From the NCBI GenBank assembly GCA_964537035.1, contig CAZIAK010000020.1, forward strand, positions 19,297 through 83,296: a DNA stretch of 64,000 nucleotides, read 5' to 3'. Source of the stretch: an uncultured Phycisphaerales bacterium. Lineage in GTDB: Bacteria; Planctomycetota; B15-G4. How positions within the stretch are numbered: position 1 is the stretch's first letter; each line of letters starts with the position of its first letter. The position numbers were made by a program, and so were the translations under genes. The notes beneath the pieces are model-generated. The model was not told the DNA's origin and searched no databases. It saw only the letters and a program-made list of their open reading frames with translations. This document shows positions 53,727-63,320 of this stretch, one piece after another.

Positions 53727-54920
53727 TCAGTCGCTCGCCGCCGGGATGGCCATGGTATAGGTGCGCAGGAGCGTCTTGTCGGCGCCGCCCAAGAGCGCCA
53801 TGCGAAAGGTGTCTTCGCCTTCGTCGACATCCGGAATCAACAGGCGGATTTCGTAGCGGCGAGCGGCGCTCGGCCCCTCTCCGACCACGACGCCCTGGGC
53901 GAGCTTCCAGTCTTCGACCCGCCCGTCGATATCGACAAGACAATGGGTCAACCGGGCTTCGTCGCCCGTCCCGTGCACCGTGATCTGGGCGTCGATGTCC
54001 AACATGTTCAAGCCGTCATAGGTGACTTGCAGAGAGTCGAGGGTGATCTCTGCCAAGCGGGCCGGAGACTCGGCGCGCAACACGCCGTCACGCTGGGCCA
54101 GCACAAGCTCGGACACCTGCGCCCCCAAGGTGGACAAGGCCCTGGCCGACACCATGGCCGCCACGTCGTCACTCTCCTGGCCCACGACGAAGGTCGACGT
54201 GAACAAGCTGGCCAGGTACGCGGAGGCTGCCCCCGAGGAGCTGAACGACACACGATCCATGAAGTCCGTCTCGATGCCAGCGAAGCTGGTTTCGGCAGCC
54301 ATGATCTGCGCGGCAGGATCACCGGGGGTCGCGCCGGCGGCGCCCACGCCCCCCAGATCGAAGAGACTGACGGTCAGCTCGGCCTGGGCGTAGTAGGTGT
54401 ACTCATCGATCAGCCAGATGAAGGGCCCGCCCACGAAGAACAGGCCCAGATTCAGCAGCACCGGTGACGTGCGCTCGTAATGGATGGGCTCGGCGTAGTT
54501 GAGCTGGCAGAGCAGCACCATGTCCGCAGCACTCTCGACCACCGCCTGGCGCAAGCCCTCCACCCCCTGGCTCGGGGGCGACACGATGGCCGTGGCCCGG
54601 GTGAAGGCACGTTCGGCCAGCTCCCGGGCCAGCAAGGTGGAGAGCAGACGGTTGTCTGCCTTCAACAGCATGGGCGGCTCGCTGGCTTCGTCCACCTCAT
54701 CGACGGCGTCGTCCTGGGGGCCTCCCCCTGGGCTCATCTCAGAGCCGCTCTCGGCGTCAGCAGCCGAGTCGTTCTGCATGGCCACTCCCACCACTGCCAC
54801 ATGAAAGGGCAGGCGCCCCGAGACCGCCTGGTCTGTGGCCCCGGGCCCGGCGCAACCAGCGCAGAGGCTGGCCGCGATCAGAACGAGAGTGCTTGCTGAG
54901 TTCACGGATCTCATGGCCAC
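53727..54920 (-). CDS. hypothetical lipoprotein (397 aa)
   Basis: Signal peptide and lipobox MAMRSVNSASTLVLIAASLCAGC. I recognise no family motif. Confidence 0.6.
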   Translation of the reverse strand: MAMRSVNSASTLVLIAASLCAGCAGPGATDQAVSGRLPFHVAVVGVAMQNDSAADAESGSEMSPGGGPQDDAVDEVDEASEPPMLLKADNRLLSTLLARELAERAFTRATAIVSPPSQGVEGLRQAVVESAADMVLLCQLNYAEPIHYERTSPVLLNLGLFFVGGPFIWLIDEYTYYAQAELTVSLFDLGGVGAAGATPGDPAAQIMAAETSFAGIETDFMDRVSFSSSGAASAYLASLFTSTFVVGQESDDVAAMVSARALSTLGAQVSELVLAQRDGVLRAESPARLAEITLDSLQVTYDGLNMLDIDAQITVHGTGDEARLTHCLVDIDGRVEDWKLAQGVVVGEGPSAARRYEIRLLIPDVDEGEDTFRMALLGGADKTLLRTYTMAIPAASD

Positions 54921-54984
54921 ACGAGAGAGGGTAGCATGCGGATCTTGATCACTTCGCCCACCCGCGTCCGTCGGAGTTCAGACC

Positions 54985-55782
54985 ATGCTGTGCCGAGTCA
55001 CCTTGCTGGCCCTCATCACCTTTGCCGTGGCCTGCACCACTGTCCCGGGGAGCGGACGCTCGCAGTTCAACATCATCCCCCGCTCCACCGCAGACTCCCT
55101 GGGCAACGAGACCTGGGCCCAGACCCTGAGTGAATCGAAGGTGATCGCCACCGGCGCCCAGGCCCAGATGATCCAGCGCATCGGCAAGCGCATCGTCGCC
55201 GCAGCGGAGCGGATCTACCCGAAACGGGCTGCAGGCTACACCTGGCAGTTTGCGCTCATCGATGAGCCACAGACGGTGAACGCCTGGGCGCTCCCGGGAG
55301 GCAAGTCTGCGGTCTACACCGGCCTGTTGCCCGTGACCCAGGACGAGACCAGCCTGGCCATGGTCATGGGTCACGAAGTCGCCCATGTGCTGGCCCACCA
55401 CGGCGCCGAACGCATGTCCCAGGGGCTGGGTCTGCAAGGCGTCATGATCATCGCCCAGCTGGCCACCGCCGATCGGGAGCCCGAACAGCAAGAAGAGCTG
55501 ATGCAGCTTCTGGGCATGGCCGGGCAGACTGGCATCATCTTGCCCTTCAGCCGCGGACACGAGTCGGAGGCTGATCAGCTGGGACTGATGATGGCCGCCG
55601 ACGCGGGCTATGACCCGCGGGCCGCTGTGAAACTCTGGCAACGCATGGCCGCCGTCGGCGGCGACCGTCCCCCGGAGTTCTTGTCCACGCACCCCAGCGA
55701 AGCGACGCGCATCGAACAGCTGCAAGAGCTCATGCCCGACGCGCTCAAGCTCTTCAACGCCGCGCAAGCCGCTGGCCGCTAG
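54985..55782 (+). CDS. M48-family zinc metallopeptidase, probable lipoprotein (LoiP/YggG-like)
   Basis: 265 aa with HEXXH in AMVMGHEVAHVLAHH and a downstream third ligand context SRGHESEADQLG. The lipobox-like motif is ITFAVAC. Confidence 0.9.
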   Translation: MLCRVTLLALITFAVACTTVPGSGRSQFNIIPRSTADSLGNETWAQTLSESKVIATGAQAQMIQRIGKRIVAAAERIYPKRAAGYTWQFALIDEPQTVNAWALPGGKSAVYTGLLPVTQDETSLAMVMGHEVAHVLAHHGAERMSQGLGLQGVMIIAQLATADREPEQQEELMQLLGMAGQTGIILPFSRGHESEADQLGLMMAADAGYDPRAAVKLWQRMAAVGGDRPPEFLSTHPSEATRIEQLQELMPDALKLFNAAQAAGR

Positions 55783-55807
55783 CTCTGCAGTCTGCACCAG
55801 GTCCTGC

Positions 55808-56311
55808 TCACACGGGGCGACTGAGTCGTACCCACTCGTCGTCGAGGCGCGTCGCTGCATAGCCATGCGTGAGGTAGAGCTCTTGCAGTGGTGTGTTGTG
55901 GGCGTCGGTGTAGGTCACCAGCTCGACCGCGCCTTGGCTGGTGAGCCAGGCCTCTCCAGCAACGAGCAAGTGCCCGGCGACGCCCTGCCGACGGTTGCGC
56001 GGCACGACGTAGGTGGTGGCCACCAGACCGATGTCTCGCTCGTGCTCGCGCTCGACTCGCAACAAGGTGTGTCCGCTCAGGCGGCCATGTGAGTCGACGG
56101 AAACCAGCGCGAGAGCCCGGCGACCCGGCGCCGGCTCCATGTGCCAGAGCAAACGCTCCCGGATCTCGGCCTCTGTATGGACAGCTCGCGCCCGCCCCGA
56201 GCCCAAGACCTCCACCAGGGTCTCTCCCATGCGCGCCGCGACCAGATCGACCTCGTCAGCAACCCCGGCATCGAGAGGCCTGATCAGCGGAGGGTCGGCG
56301 TCAGCGGTCAC
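55808..56311 (-). CDS. GNAT-family N-acetyltransferase
   Basis: Motif VVPRNRRQGVAGHLL. I set the start at GTG 56311 (VTADADPP), because the longer listed ORF (to 56479) would overlap the divergent DUF2007-like gene. The start is uncertain. Confidence 0.7.
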   Translation of the reverse strand: MTADADPPLIRPLDAGVADEVDLVAARMGETLVEVLGSGRARAVHTEAEIRERLLWHMEPAPGRRALALVSVDSHGRLSGHTLLRVEREHERDIGLVATTYVVPRNRRQGVAGHLLVAGEAWLTSQGAVELVTYTDAHNTPLQELYLTHGYAATRLDDEWVRLSRPV

Positions 56312-56477
56312 CCGAGCAGGGTCCCATGCTGGCCGAGTCCATGACAGCCCATGAGCGTGAGGGCGCGAAATGGGCGTCGCGAGATGACGGCGTCTGGCCG
56401 GGCCAGCTGGCAAGCCCCGTCGTGTGAGCCCGGGGGGCATGCTAACGTCGTCGTTCTCCAATCTCTGGGAGCACTTC

Positions 56478-56738
56478 ATGTCGAACGCAGATCATCCCGA
56501 ACTGGTCGACTTCATGATGGCCAAGACCCCCATCGAAGCCCAGATCATCTCGGGCGTCCTGGCCGAGGCTGACATCCCGTCCTACGTACCTGGCGGGCAG
56601 CTCACCGACGAGTTCGCCGTGAGCCAACAAGTGCTGGGGCTGCAGAACGTGATCATCAGCGTGCGCAGCACGGACCTGGAGCGAGCTCAACAGGCGGTGG
56701 CTGCAGCACGCGACCTGGGCGAAGACAGCGACTCGTGA
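56478..56738 (+). CDS. small DUF2007-like (putative signal-transducing) protein
   Basis: Start at ATG 56478 (MSNADHPELV). The pattern ...IEAQIISGVLAEADIPSYV...ISVRSTDLERAQ is typical of this small alpha/beta family. Its stop overlaps the next gene's GTG (GTGA). Confidence 0.65.
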   Translation: MSNADHPELVDFMMAKTPIEAQIISGVLAEADIPSYVPGGQLTDEFAVSQQVLGLQNVIISVRSTDLERAQQAVAAARDLGEDSDS

Positions 56739-58681
56739 AGTCGACGCTGGTTGGGGCCGCGCTGGCCCTCTGGCTGACGCTCGGCACGGGCTACGCAGCT
56801 CTGCCGACCGACGACGACAGCCAGCTCTCGTCTGCTCAGGATCTCTCCGCACAGGTCTTCTCCGCACAGTTCGGATCGGGCAGCGGGCCGCTGGTCACCG
56901 AAGACGGCCACTACCAGTTGCTCGACACCGACGGCAGCTTCAGGCAGTCCAACGCGGTGGCCTTCGCGGCGGGTTCTGCAGAGGCACACGAGTCGTTCGA
57001 GCTGAACTGTCGCCTGCGCGTGGACGCAGGAGGCGAAGGAGGAGCTTTCCTGTTCTTGGCTGCCGACGCCTACGGGGAGCGAGGCCCAGCTCCCTTCGTG
57101 CCTCTCTGGACCGAGCCCAACCTGGCCCAGAGCCTGGCCGTGGCCATCGACGTGCACAACCCGCCGACCGAAGAGCCCTTCGGCCCCTGGGGAAACTACC
57201 AGGCACTGCCCCAACGAGAGGTCTCTCTGCACTGGGCCGGCCGCGAGCTGGTCAAGCGGGTGGCCCCCGCCGAGTTTCGCGGCGAGTGGGCCGACGTACA
57301 GATCTCCGTGGATCATGTGGTCGGTGGCGCAGAAGTCACCGTGATCCTCGCCGGCGCTGCCGTCTACGAACGCCACTTCGTGCCCGAGCTGCTGCCGTAT
57401 CCCTGGCGATTGGGCCTGGGCGCACAGACCCGGGACGACGCCAGCACCCGCTTCGATGTGGCCGACGTGCAAGTGTCCTACGGCGCGGTGGCCAGCCCCC
57501 GTCGACCGACCTTTCATGTGGACGTGGTCAACCACGTGCTCACCGACAACGCCACCACGTTCTACGAAGCCGAGGTCGACCTGCCCCCAGAAGAGTGGGC
57601 CTTCGGGCGGGTGCTGCTGACCCTGCAGCTTCACGACGCGGGCAGCTCCTGGGACGAGTGGGATCGCATCGGCGAGATCTCCGTGCAAGACGAGAGCGGC
57701 GCCTGGCTGGGCATCGTGCCCTTCATCACCAGTTATCGCACCGAGTGCCGCTCGGTCGTGGACGTGAGCCACTTTCGCCCCTTGCTGTCGGGCAAGACCC
57801 GCTTCAAGGTCGCCGCGGGAACTGGCTTCTACAAGAACCGAGGCTTCATGATGAGCGTGGACCTCGACTTCTATCACGGCACGCCGTGGCTCAACGGAGA
57901 AGCCTTGCAGCCCTTCGACGTGCAGCCCCTCTGGCACGGTCGAGCCCAGTACAAGTCAGCGGAGAATCACTTCCAGGATTTCTTCGCACCGGTCCACGTC
58001 ACCGTGGCAGACGAGACCCGTGCAGCGCGGGTCTGGCTCACGACCACCGGGCACAGCCAGGTCGGCGAGTTCACGCCGTCCGACCGCACCGTTGTTTTCA
58101 AACCCGACGTGAGCGGCAGCACCGAGAGAGCGGCGGTGCGCTTCGACAACACGCTGTGGAAGTCTGACTGCTACCTCAACCCCAACCGCCCCCAGTTCGG
58201 CACCTGGAAGTACTCCCGGGCAGGCTGGGCGCCCGGTGACGTGGTCGCCCCCTGGTGGATCAAGCTGAGCGATCATCTGCTGCCCGGGCGCGAGGCGCTG
58301 CTGACCTACGAGCCCCAGCCCTACGCCTTCGACGAAGGCGGCGAGGTCCCCGACGAGGGCCAGATCGCCGCGGCCAACCACGTGGTGCGCGCGTACCTGA
58401 TCAGCTATCGCGCTGCGGGCGAGTCCATCCCCGCCCCCACCCTGCGCATCACCAACGTGGTGGGCGGGAGCGCCGCAGCCGCCGCAGGGCTGAAAGTTGG
58501 TGACTACCTGGCCAGCTACGACGGCACCGTGGTCGACACCCAGGAGGAGCTGGGCGCCGCCAAGGCAGCAGCCCTGGAGCTGGGCAAGACCACCGTCGCC
58601 ATCGTGGCCTATCGTGGCGCCGAGAGACTCGCACTCGAGATGAGCAGCGGCCAGATGGGAGTGAACCTGAGTGCGCCATAA
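56735..58681 (+). CDS. secreted PNGase F-like (N-glycanase N- and C-domain-like) protein with an N-terminal beta-sandwich and a C-terminal PDZ domain
   Basis: Signal peptide MKSTLVGAALALWLTLGTGYA. WDEWDRIGEISV...VPFITSYRTEC and TTTGHSQVGEF...LWKSDCYLNPNRPQFGTWKYSRAGWAPGDVVAPWW match the PNGase F domain patterns as I recall them (WDR...RfITPYG; TGHG..GCaEF; RagWCPG). The PDZ-like tail is GLKVGDYLASYDG. Confidence 0.65.
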   Translation: MKSTLVGAALALWLTLGTGYAALPTDDDSQLSSAQDLSAQVFSAQFGSGSGPLVTEDGHYQLLDTDGSFRQSNAVAFAAGSAEAHESFELNCRLRVDAGGEGGAFLFLAADAYGERGPAPFVPLWTEPNLAQSLAVAIDVHNPPTEEPFGPWGNYQALPQREVSLHWAGRELVKRVAPAEFRGEWADVQISVDHVVGGAEVTVILAGAAVYERHFVPELLPYPWRLGLGAQTRDDASTRFDVADVQVSYGAVASPRRPTFHVDVVNHVLTDNATTFYEAEVDLPPEEWAFGRVLLTLQLHDAGSSWDEWDRIGEISVQDESGAWLGIVPFITSYRTECRSVVDVSHFRPLLSGKTRFKVAAGTGFYKNRGFMMSVDLDFYHGTPWLNGEALQPFDVQPLWHGRAQYKSAENHFQDFFAPVHVTVADETRAARVWLTTTGHSQVGEFTPSDRTVVFKPDVSGSTERAAVRFDNTLWKSDCYLNPNRPQFGTWKYSRAGWAPGDVVAPWWIKLSDHLLPGREALLTYEPQPYAFDEGGEVPDEGQIAAANHVVRAYLISYRAAGESIPAPTLRITNVVGGSAAAAAGLKVGDYLASYDGTVVDTQEELGAAKAAALELGKTTVAIVAYRGAERLALEMSSGQMGVNLSAP

Positions 58682-58694
58682 GAGCCCCCGGAAG

Positions 58695-59849
58695 ATGAGC
58701 CTGCCCCCCGTGCAACGCCTGTGTCTGACGCTTGTTCTCGGCGCACTGTGCGGCTGCGGTCTGCCTCATCGTGCCGACGTCGCCGAGAGCCTCTCAGAGA
58801 TCGATGAGGGCCGGCTGCGAGCCCATGTCGAGGCCCTGTGCGCCATCGGCCCCCGCCCCATGGAAGACAGCGTGGCCACCGCGCGCACCGTGGCCTGGCT
58901 GCGCCACACCATCGAGGACATGGGGCTCACCGTGCAGGAAGAGGCCGTTCCCGTGCCGCCTGCCGCCGGGCAGCTGACAGCGACTGTGCGCCGAGAAAGC
59001 GCCGACCCGGACAGCGACGACGAAGAGCTGGTGTTTCCGCTCTACTTCGCCAGCTATGGGTCCCGGGTGCTGTCCGGGCTCTCCCAGACCTTGCGCGACG
59101 ACGGCTGGGACGTGCTGGGCTACGCCATGACCGGAGCGGTCAACGCCACCGAGCCCGCCACGGTGCCCAACCTGTTGGTCGAGATCCCCGGCACCTCAGA
59201 TCGCCCGGGTCTCATCGAGATCTCGGCGCACTACGACACCGTGCCCGGCTGCCCAGGCGCCGACGACAACTCCAGCGGCGTGGCGGCCGTGCTGGAGATC
59301 GCCCGGTGGTTCACATTCCACCCGCCCGAACGCACGGTGCGCCTGTGCTTCTTCGCGGGAGAAGAGCAAGGGCTGCTGGGCAGCGAGGTCCATGTGGCCA
59401 ACATGCTGGCCCGGGGCGACGAAGTGGTGGGCCTGCTGAACCTGGACTCGGTAGGCATGGCGACCGACGCGCCCGATTCTCAGTTGGCCCCCATCCGCAT
59501 CGTCTTCGTGACCTGGATGCCGTCCACAGGCGACTTCATCACCGTGATCGGCGACTGGAACTCAGGGCCCCTGGGCAACCTGTTCGAGGCAGCCATCGAG
59601 ACCTACGCCCCCGAGCTGCCCTACTACAGCGCCAACCGCATCGGCGGCATGTTTGACGACGGCTACCGCAGCGATCACGCCCACTACTGGTGGGCGGGCA
59701 TCCCGGCGATCTTCCTCACCGACACCGGTGAGATGCGCTGGGACACCTATCACAAGCCCGGCGATGTACCCGCCGCCCTCGACTATGGGTTCTTGAGACA
59801 GGTGGCCCAGGCCACGGGTGCCGCGGCTCAGGAGCTGGCCCGGCAGTGA
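58695..59849 (+). CDS. M28-family metallopeptidase, probable lipoprotein
   Basis: I prefer ATG 58695 (MSLPPVQRLCLTLVLGALCGC lipobox) over the listed GTG at 58671. Motifs are ISAHYDTVPGCPGADDNSSGVAAVLEI and FFAGEEQGLLGSEVHV. Confidence 0.88.
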   Translation: MSLPPVQRLCLTLVLGALCGCGLPHRADVAESLSEIDEGRLRAHVEALCAIGPRPMEDSVATARTVAWLRHTIEDMGLTVQEEAVPVPPAAGQLTATVRRESADPDSDDEELVFPLYFASYGSRVLSGLSQTLRDDGWDVLGYAMTGAVNATEPATVPNLLVEIPGTSDRPGLIEISAHYDTVPGCPGADDNSSGVAAVLEIARWFTFHPPERTVRLCFFAGEEQGLLGSEVHVANMLARGDEVVGLLNLDSVGMATDAPDSQLAPIRIVFVTWMPSTGDFITVIGDWNSGPLGNLFEAAIETYAPELPYYSANRIGGMFDDGYRSDHAHYWWAGIPAIFLTDTGEMRWDTYHKPGDVPAALDYGFLRQVAQATGAAAQELARQ

Positions 59850-60016
59850 GCTGAGCCCGGCGAGCAGCCCTGCCTGTTCGGCGAGACCGGGCAGAGAACC
59901 CGGGCGCCAAGCCATTCCGTGCCCTGCAAGGTGCCTGCGGGGTAGACTGTGGGGCTCTCTTCATCGTTGCATTTGTCGGCCCCAGTGATCGGACAACCTG
60001 CAGCAACCACACCGAG

Positions 60017-61840
60017 GTGTCCCCCGTGCCCGCCGAATCCAATGTCCGACCCAGTGCCGAGAGCCAGGCCGATCCCCCCGGGGAGAAGACCTTCGCTGAC
60101 ATCGGCCTCTCCGAACCGGTTCTGAAAGCCCTGACGAAGTTGGGCTACGAGTCGCCCACGCCCATTCAGGCCGCGACCATCCCCCTGCTGCTCAGTGGCG
60201 GTGACCTGCTGGGACAGGCTCAGACCGGCACGGGCAAGACCGCCGCCTTCGCCCTGCCGCTCATCGACAAGCTCGACATGTCTCGCCGCGAGCCCCAGGT
60301 GCTGGTGCTGGCCCCCACCCGCGAGCTGGCCATCCAGGTGGCCGAGGCGTTCCAGCGCTACGCCAGCGGCCGCCCCGGCTTTCACGTGCTGCCCATCTAT
60401 GGCGGGCAGCCCCACGACTCCCAGGTGCGCTCCCTGAAGCGCGGCGTCCACGTGGTCGTGGGCACTCCCGGCCGGGTCATGGACCACATGCGCCGGCGGA
60501 CGCTCAAGCTCGGTGGCCTGCAGACCCTGGTGCTCGACGAAGCCGACGAGATGCTCAACATGGGCTTCCTCGAGGATGTCACCTGGATCCTGGAGCAGAC
60601 CCCCGACACCCGACAGGTAGCCCTCTTCTCCGCCACCATGCCCCCGGCAGTGCGACGGATAGCTCAGCAGCATCTGAAAGACCCGGGCGAGGTTCGCATC
60701 ACCACCCGCTCTGCCGCAGCCGGAACGATTCGCCAGCGGCACCAGATCGTGCCGTACATGCAGAAAATCGACGCCCTGACGCGCATCCTCGAGGTCGAGA
60801 CCGTCGACGGCATGCTCATCTTCGTGCGCACCAAGACCGAGACCGTCGAGCTGGCCGAGAAGCTCGAAGCCCGTGGCTATGCCACCGGCGCGCTCAATGG
60901 GGACATCCCCCAGCCCCTGCGGGAACGCACGGTCGACCGCTTCAAGTCGGGCAAGCTCGACCTGCTGGTGGCCACCGACGTGGCCGCCCGAGGGCTCGAC
61001 GTTCAACGCATCAGCCACGTGCTCAACTACGACGTGCCCCACGGCCCCGAAGCCTACGTCCACCGCATCGGACGGACGGGCAGGGCAGGGCGTACCGGCG
61101 AGGCCATCCTGTTCATCACCCCCCGCGAGCGGCACATGCTGGGGGTCATCGAGCGCAACATCGGTCAGCGCATCGACGTGATGACCGTCCCCACCACCGA
61201 TGAGGTCAACGCCCGACGCATCGAGCGCTTCAAGCAGCGCATGACCGAGGTCATCGAGAAGCAGGACACCTCGTTCTTCGAGCGCCTGCTCGAGGACTTC
61301 ATCGAAGAGACCGACGCCACGGCCCTGCAAGCCGCTGCGGCCTTGGCAGTGCTGGTGCAAGGCAGCCAGCCGCTGCTGCTGGCCGAGCCGCCCCGACGCA
61401 AACCCAAGCCGCGCGCCGAGCGCCCCCAACGGCGTTCACCCGATAAACTGCGCTTCGGTCGGCCCGATCGGGGCCCGTCCGCTCCAGGCAAGCCGTCTTC
61501 CGGGCCGCGCCAGATCGACTTCCGTCTCGACCCGGGCACACAGCTGTATCGCATCGAGGTGGGCAGTCGCCACGGAGTGAAGCCGGGCCAGATCATGGGC
61601 GCCATCGCCAACGAGGGCGGCCTTGAGGGGCGTCAGATCGGGCGCATCGCCATCAACTACGATCACAGCGTGGTGGGCCTCCCCGAAAACCTGCCCGGCG
61701 AGACGCTGAAGGCCATCGGCAACGCTCGGGTCTGCGGTCAACGCCTGCGGGTCTCCCAGGCAGGGGTCGGCCGCAACGCACCGAAGGGTCCCGATGGGCA
61801 GAAGCCGCCTGAGGAGCAGGGACCGCCTTCGCCGTCCTGA
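60017..61840 (+). CDS. deaD: DEAD-box ATP-dependent RNA helicase (DeaD/CsdA-like, with a DbpA-type C-terminal RNA-binding region)
   Basis: 607 aa with a Q-motif (FADIGL...TPIQ), AQTGTGKTAAF, PTRELA, VLDEADEML, SAT and HRIGRTGRAG. GTG start at 60017, with GTG 60026 as an alternative (GAGG at 60013-60016). Confidence 0.93.
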   Translation: MSPVPAESNVRPSAESQADPPGEKTFADIGLSEPVLKALTKLGYESPTPIQAATIPLLLSGGDLLGQAQTGTGKTAAFALPLIDKLDMSRREPQVLVLAPTRELAIQVAEAFQRYASGRPGFHVLPIYGGQPHDSQVRSLKRGVHVVVGTPGRVMDHMRRRTLKLGGLQTLVLDEADEMLNMGFLEDVTWILEQTPDTRQVALFSATMPPAVRRIAQQHLKDPGEVRITTRSAAAGTIRQRHQIVPYMQKIDALTRILEVETVDGMLIFVRTKTETVELAEKLEARGYATGALNGDIPQPLRERTVDRFKSGKLDLLVATDVAARGLDVQRISHVLNYDVPHGPEAYVHRIGRTGRAGRTGEAILFITPRERHMLGVIERNIGQRIDVMTVPTTDEVNARRIERFKQRMTEVIEKQDTSFFERLLEDFIEETDATALQAAAALAVLVQGSQPLLLAEPPRRKPKPRAERPQRRSPDKLRFGRPDRGPSAPGKPSSGPRQIDFRLDPGTQLYRIEVGSRHGVKPGQIMGAIANEGGLEGRQIGRIAINYDHSVVGLPENLPGETLKAIGNARVCGQRLRVSQAGVGRNAPKGPDGQKPPEEQGPPSPS

Positions 61841-61882
61841 GCACGGTGTCGCTCACTGCGCTGGCACACGCCCTCTCGCTCG

Positions 61883-62371
61883 GTGATGGATCGGGGCGGC
61901 ATCGGAGATTGTCTCGTGCTCGAAGTCTATGTGGATGCGGACAGCTGCCCGGTCAAGGATGAGATCTATCGCGTGGCCTATCGCTACGCCTTGTCAGTGC
62001 ACGTGGTGTCCAATCAATCCCACCGGGTGCCTGACGGCGAGGCCTTTCACACCGTCCTGGTCAGCGACCTCTTCGACGCGGCAGACGACTGGATCGCCGA
62101 GCACGCCGGCACGGGCGACATCGTCATCACCGCCGACATCCTCCTCGCGGCCCGCTGCCTCGAGCTCGGCGCCAGGGTGCTCGGGCCCCGAGGGCGTGTG
62201 TTCAAGGACACCTCGATCGGTGATGCCCTCGCCGCCCGGGAAGCCCAGGCCTACCTGCGCGAGATGGGCGTGCAGGGCAGCGGCCCGCCACCGTTTCAGG
62301 AGCGGGATCGGTCGCGGTTCTTGCAGCGCCTCGACGAGCTGGTGCAAGCGGTGCAGCGGCAAGGCCCGTAA
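61883..62371 (+). CDS. yaiI: YaiI/YqxD-family protein (UPF0178/DUF188)
   Basis: 162 aa with the family-typical N-terminus VYVDADSCPVKDEI and ITADILLAARCLE. Confidence 0.8.
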   Translation: MMDRGGIGDCLVLEVYVDADSCPVKDEIYRVAYRYALSVHVVSNQSHRVPDGEAFHTVLVSDLFDAADDWIAEHAGTGDIVITADILLAARCLELGARVLGPRGRVFKDTSIGDALAAREAQAYLREMGVQGSGPPPFQERDRSRFLQRLDELVQAVQRQGP

Positions 62372-62411
62372 CGCCCTGTGTGCGCCATGCCGTGCGCCCT
62401 CACCGCGCCCG

Positions 62412-63194
62412 TCACGCAGGCCGTGGGACCGCTGACACCCGACAGACGTAGATGGCGTTCGTATCGTCCCGGTCGAGCAGGGGGTTGAAGTACGTCACGG
62501 CGTGAGCCTCGACGCTGTCGAAGGCCAGCTCAAGGCTCTGGGCGAAGACAGGGTCTGGCGGTTCTGAAGACCAGAGAGCGAAGACGCCGCCGGGGTGCAG
62601 ATGGCTGGCCATGTGCCGCAAGCCCGTCGGTTCGTACAGCGCCGCATGGCTGGTGTGCAGCAAGCCTTCGGGGGAGTGATCGATGTCGAGCAGCACGGCA
62701 TGAAAGCGCCGGCCCGGCGTCGCTGCGTCGAAGCCCCGCTGTGGGTCGGCGGCGAGGGCGAAGAAGTCGCTCTCTTGCAGACGACAACGTTCATCGTCGC
62801 GCAACTGCTCGCCCAGGGGCACCAGACCCTTCTCGTGCCAGGCGATGACCTCTGGGAGGTACTCGACCACCAGCACGGAGCGCACCCGCTCATGGGCGAG
62901 AGCCGTGGCGGCGGTGTAGCCCAGGCCGAGACCGCCCACGACGACATCCCAGCGGTGATCGGCACCCGCGCCTGCCTGACTCTTGAGCGAGGTACCCAGG
63001 GCGGCCAGGCCCAGCTCGGTCAAGGCGATCTCTGACTGGGTGACCAGGCTCGACATGAGGAAGCTGCCGTCGAGTTTGACCTCGTACACATCGGTGTTGT
63101 CGAGGGACAGCACGCGACGGCGGCGCAGGATCAGCTCGCCGAAGCGAGTGTCCGCGAAGTCGAGTTCTTCGAAGTTGAGGCTCACGCCGCCCAC
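62412..63194 (-). CDS. spermidine-synthase-like class I SAM-dependent methyltransferase-fold protein
   Basis: 260 aa with VVVGGLGLGYTA (SAM/dcSAM-binding glycine loop), VLVVEYLPEV, FHAVLLDID and GGVFALW. Confidence 0.7.
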   Translation of the reverse strand: MGGVSLNFEELDFADTRFGELILRRRRVLSLDNTDVYEVKLDGSFLMSSLVTQSEIALTELGLAALGTSLKSQAGAGADHRWDVVVGGLGLGYTAATALAHERVRSVLVVEYLPEVIAWHEKGLVPLGEQLRDDERCRLQESDFFALAADPQRGFDAATPGRRFHAVLLDIDHSPEGLLHTSHAALYEPTGLRHMASHLHPGGVFALWSSEPPDPVFAQSLELAFDSVEAHAVTYFNPLLDRDDTNAIYVCRVSAVPRPA

Positions 63195-63272
63195 GATGAC
63201 AGGCGGCGGACGCGCAGACCATGGCCTGCTACCGCGAAACTGGCGAGGCCGCTCGCGGGAGCCTCACACCAT

Positions 63273-63304
63273 CTCCGGGTGGCCTCCAATGAGGCCACCC
63301 GGAG
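63273..63304. terminator. perfect 14-bp hairpin just downstream of the di-haem gene stop (minus strand)
   Basis: CTCCGGGTGGCCTC-caat-GAGGCCACCCGGAG. No clear U-tract on either strand. Confidence 0.4.
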
Positions 63305-63320
63305 ACCGGGACTCAGGGGA

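Noticed and set aside
56311-56479. The long forms of the divergent ORFs 55808-56479 (minus) and 56424-56738 (plus) overlap head-to-head by 56 bp.
   Set aside because: The N-terminal extensions have no family-like sequence. Internal starts (GTG 56311 and ATG 56478) give products matching the expected GNAT and DUF2007-like domain boundaries and remove the overlap.
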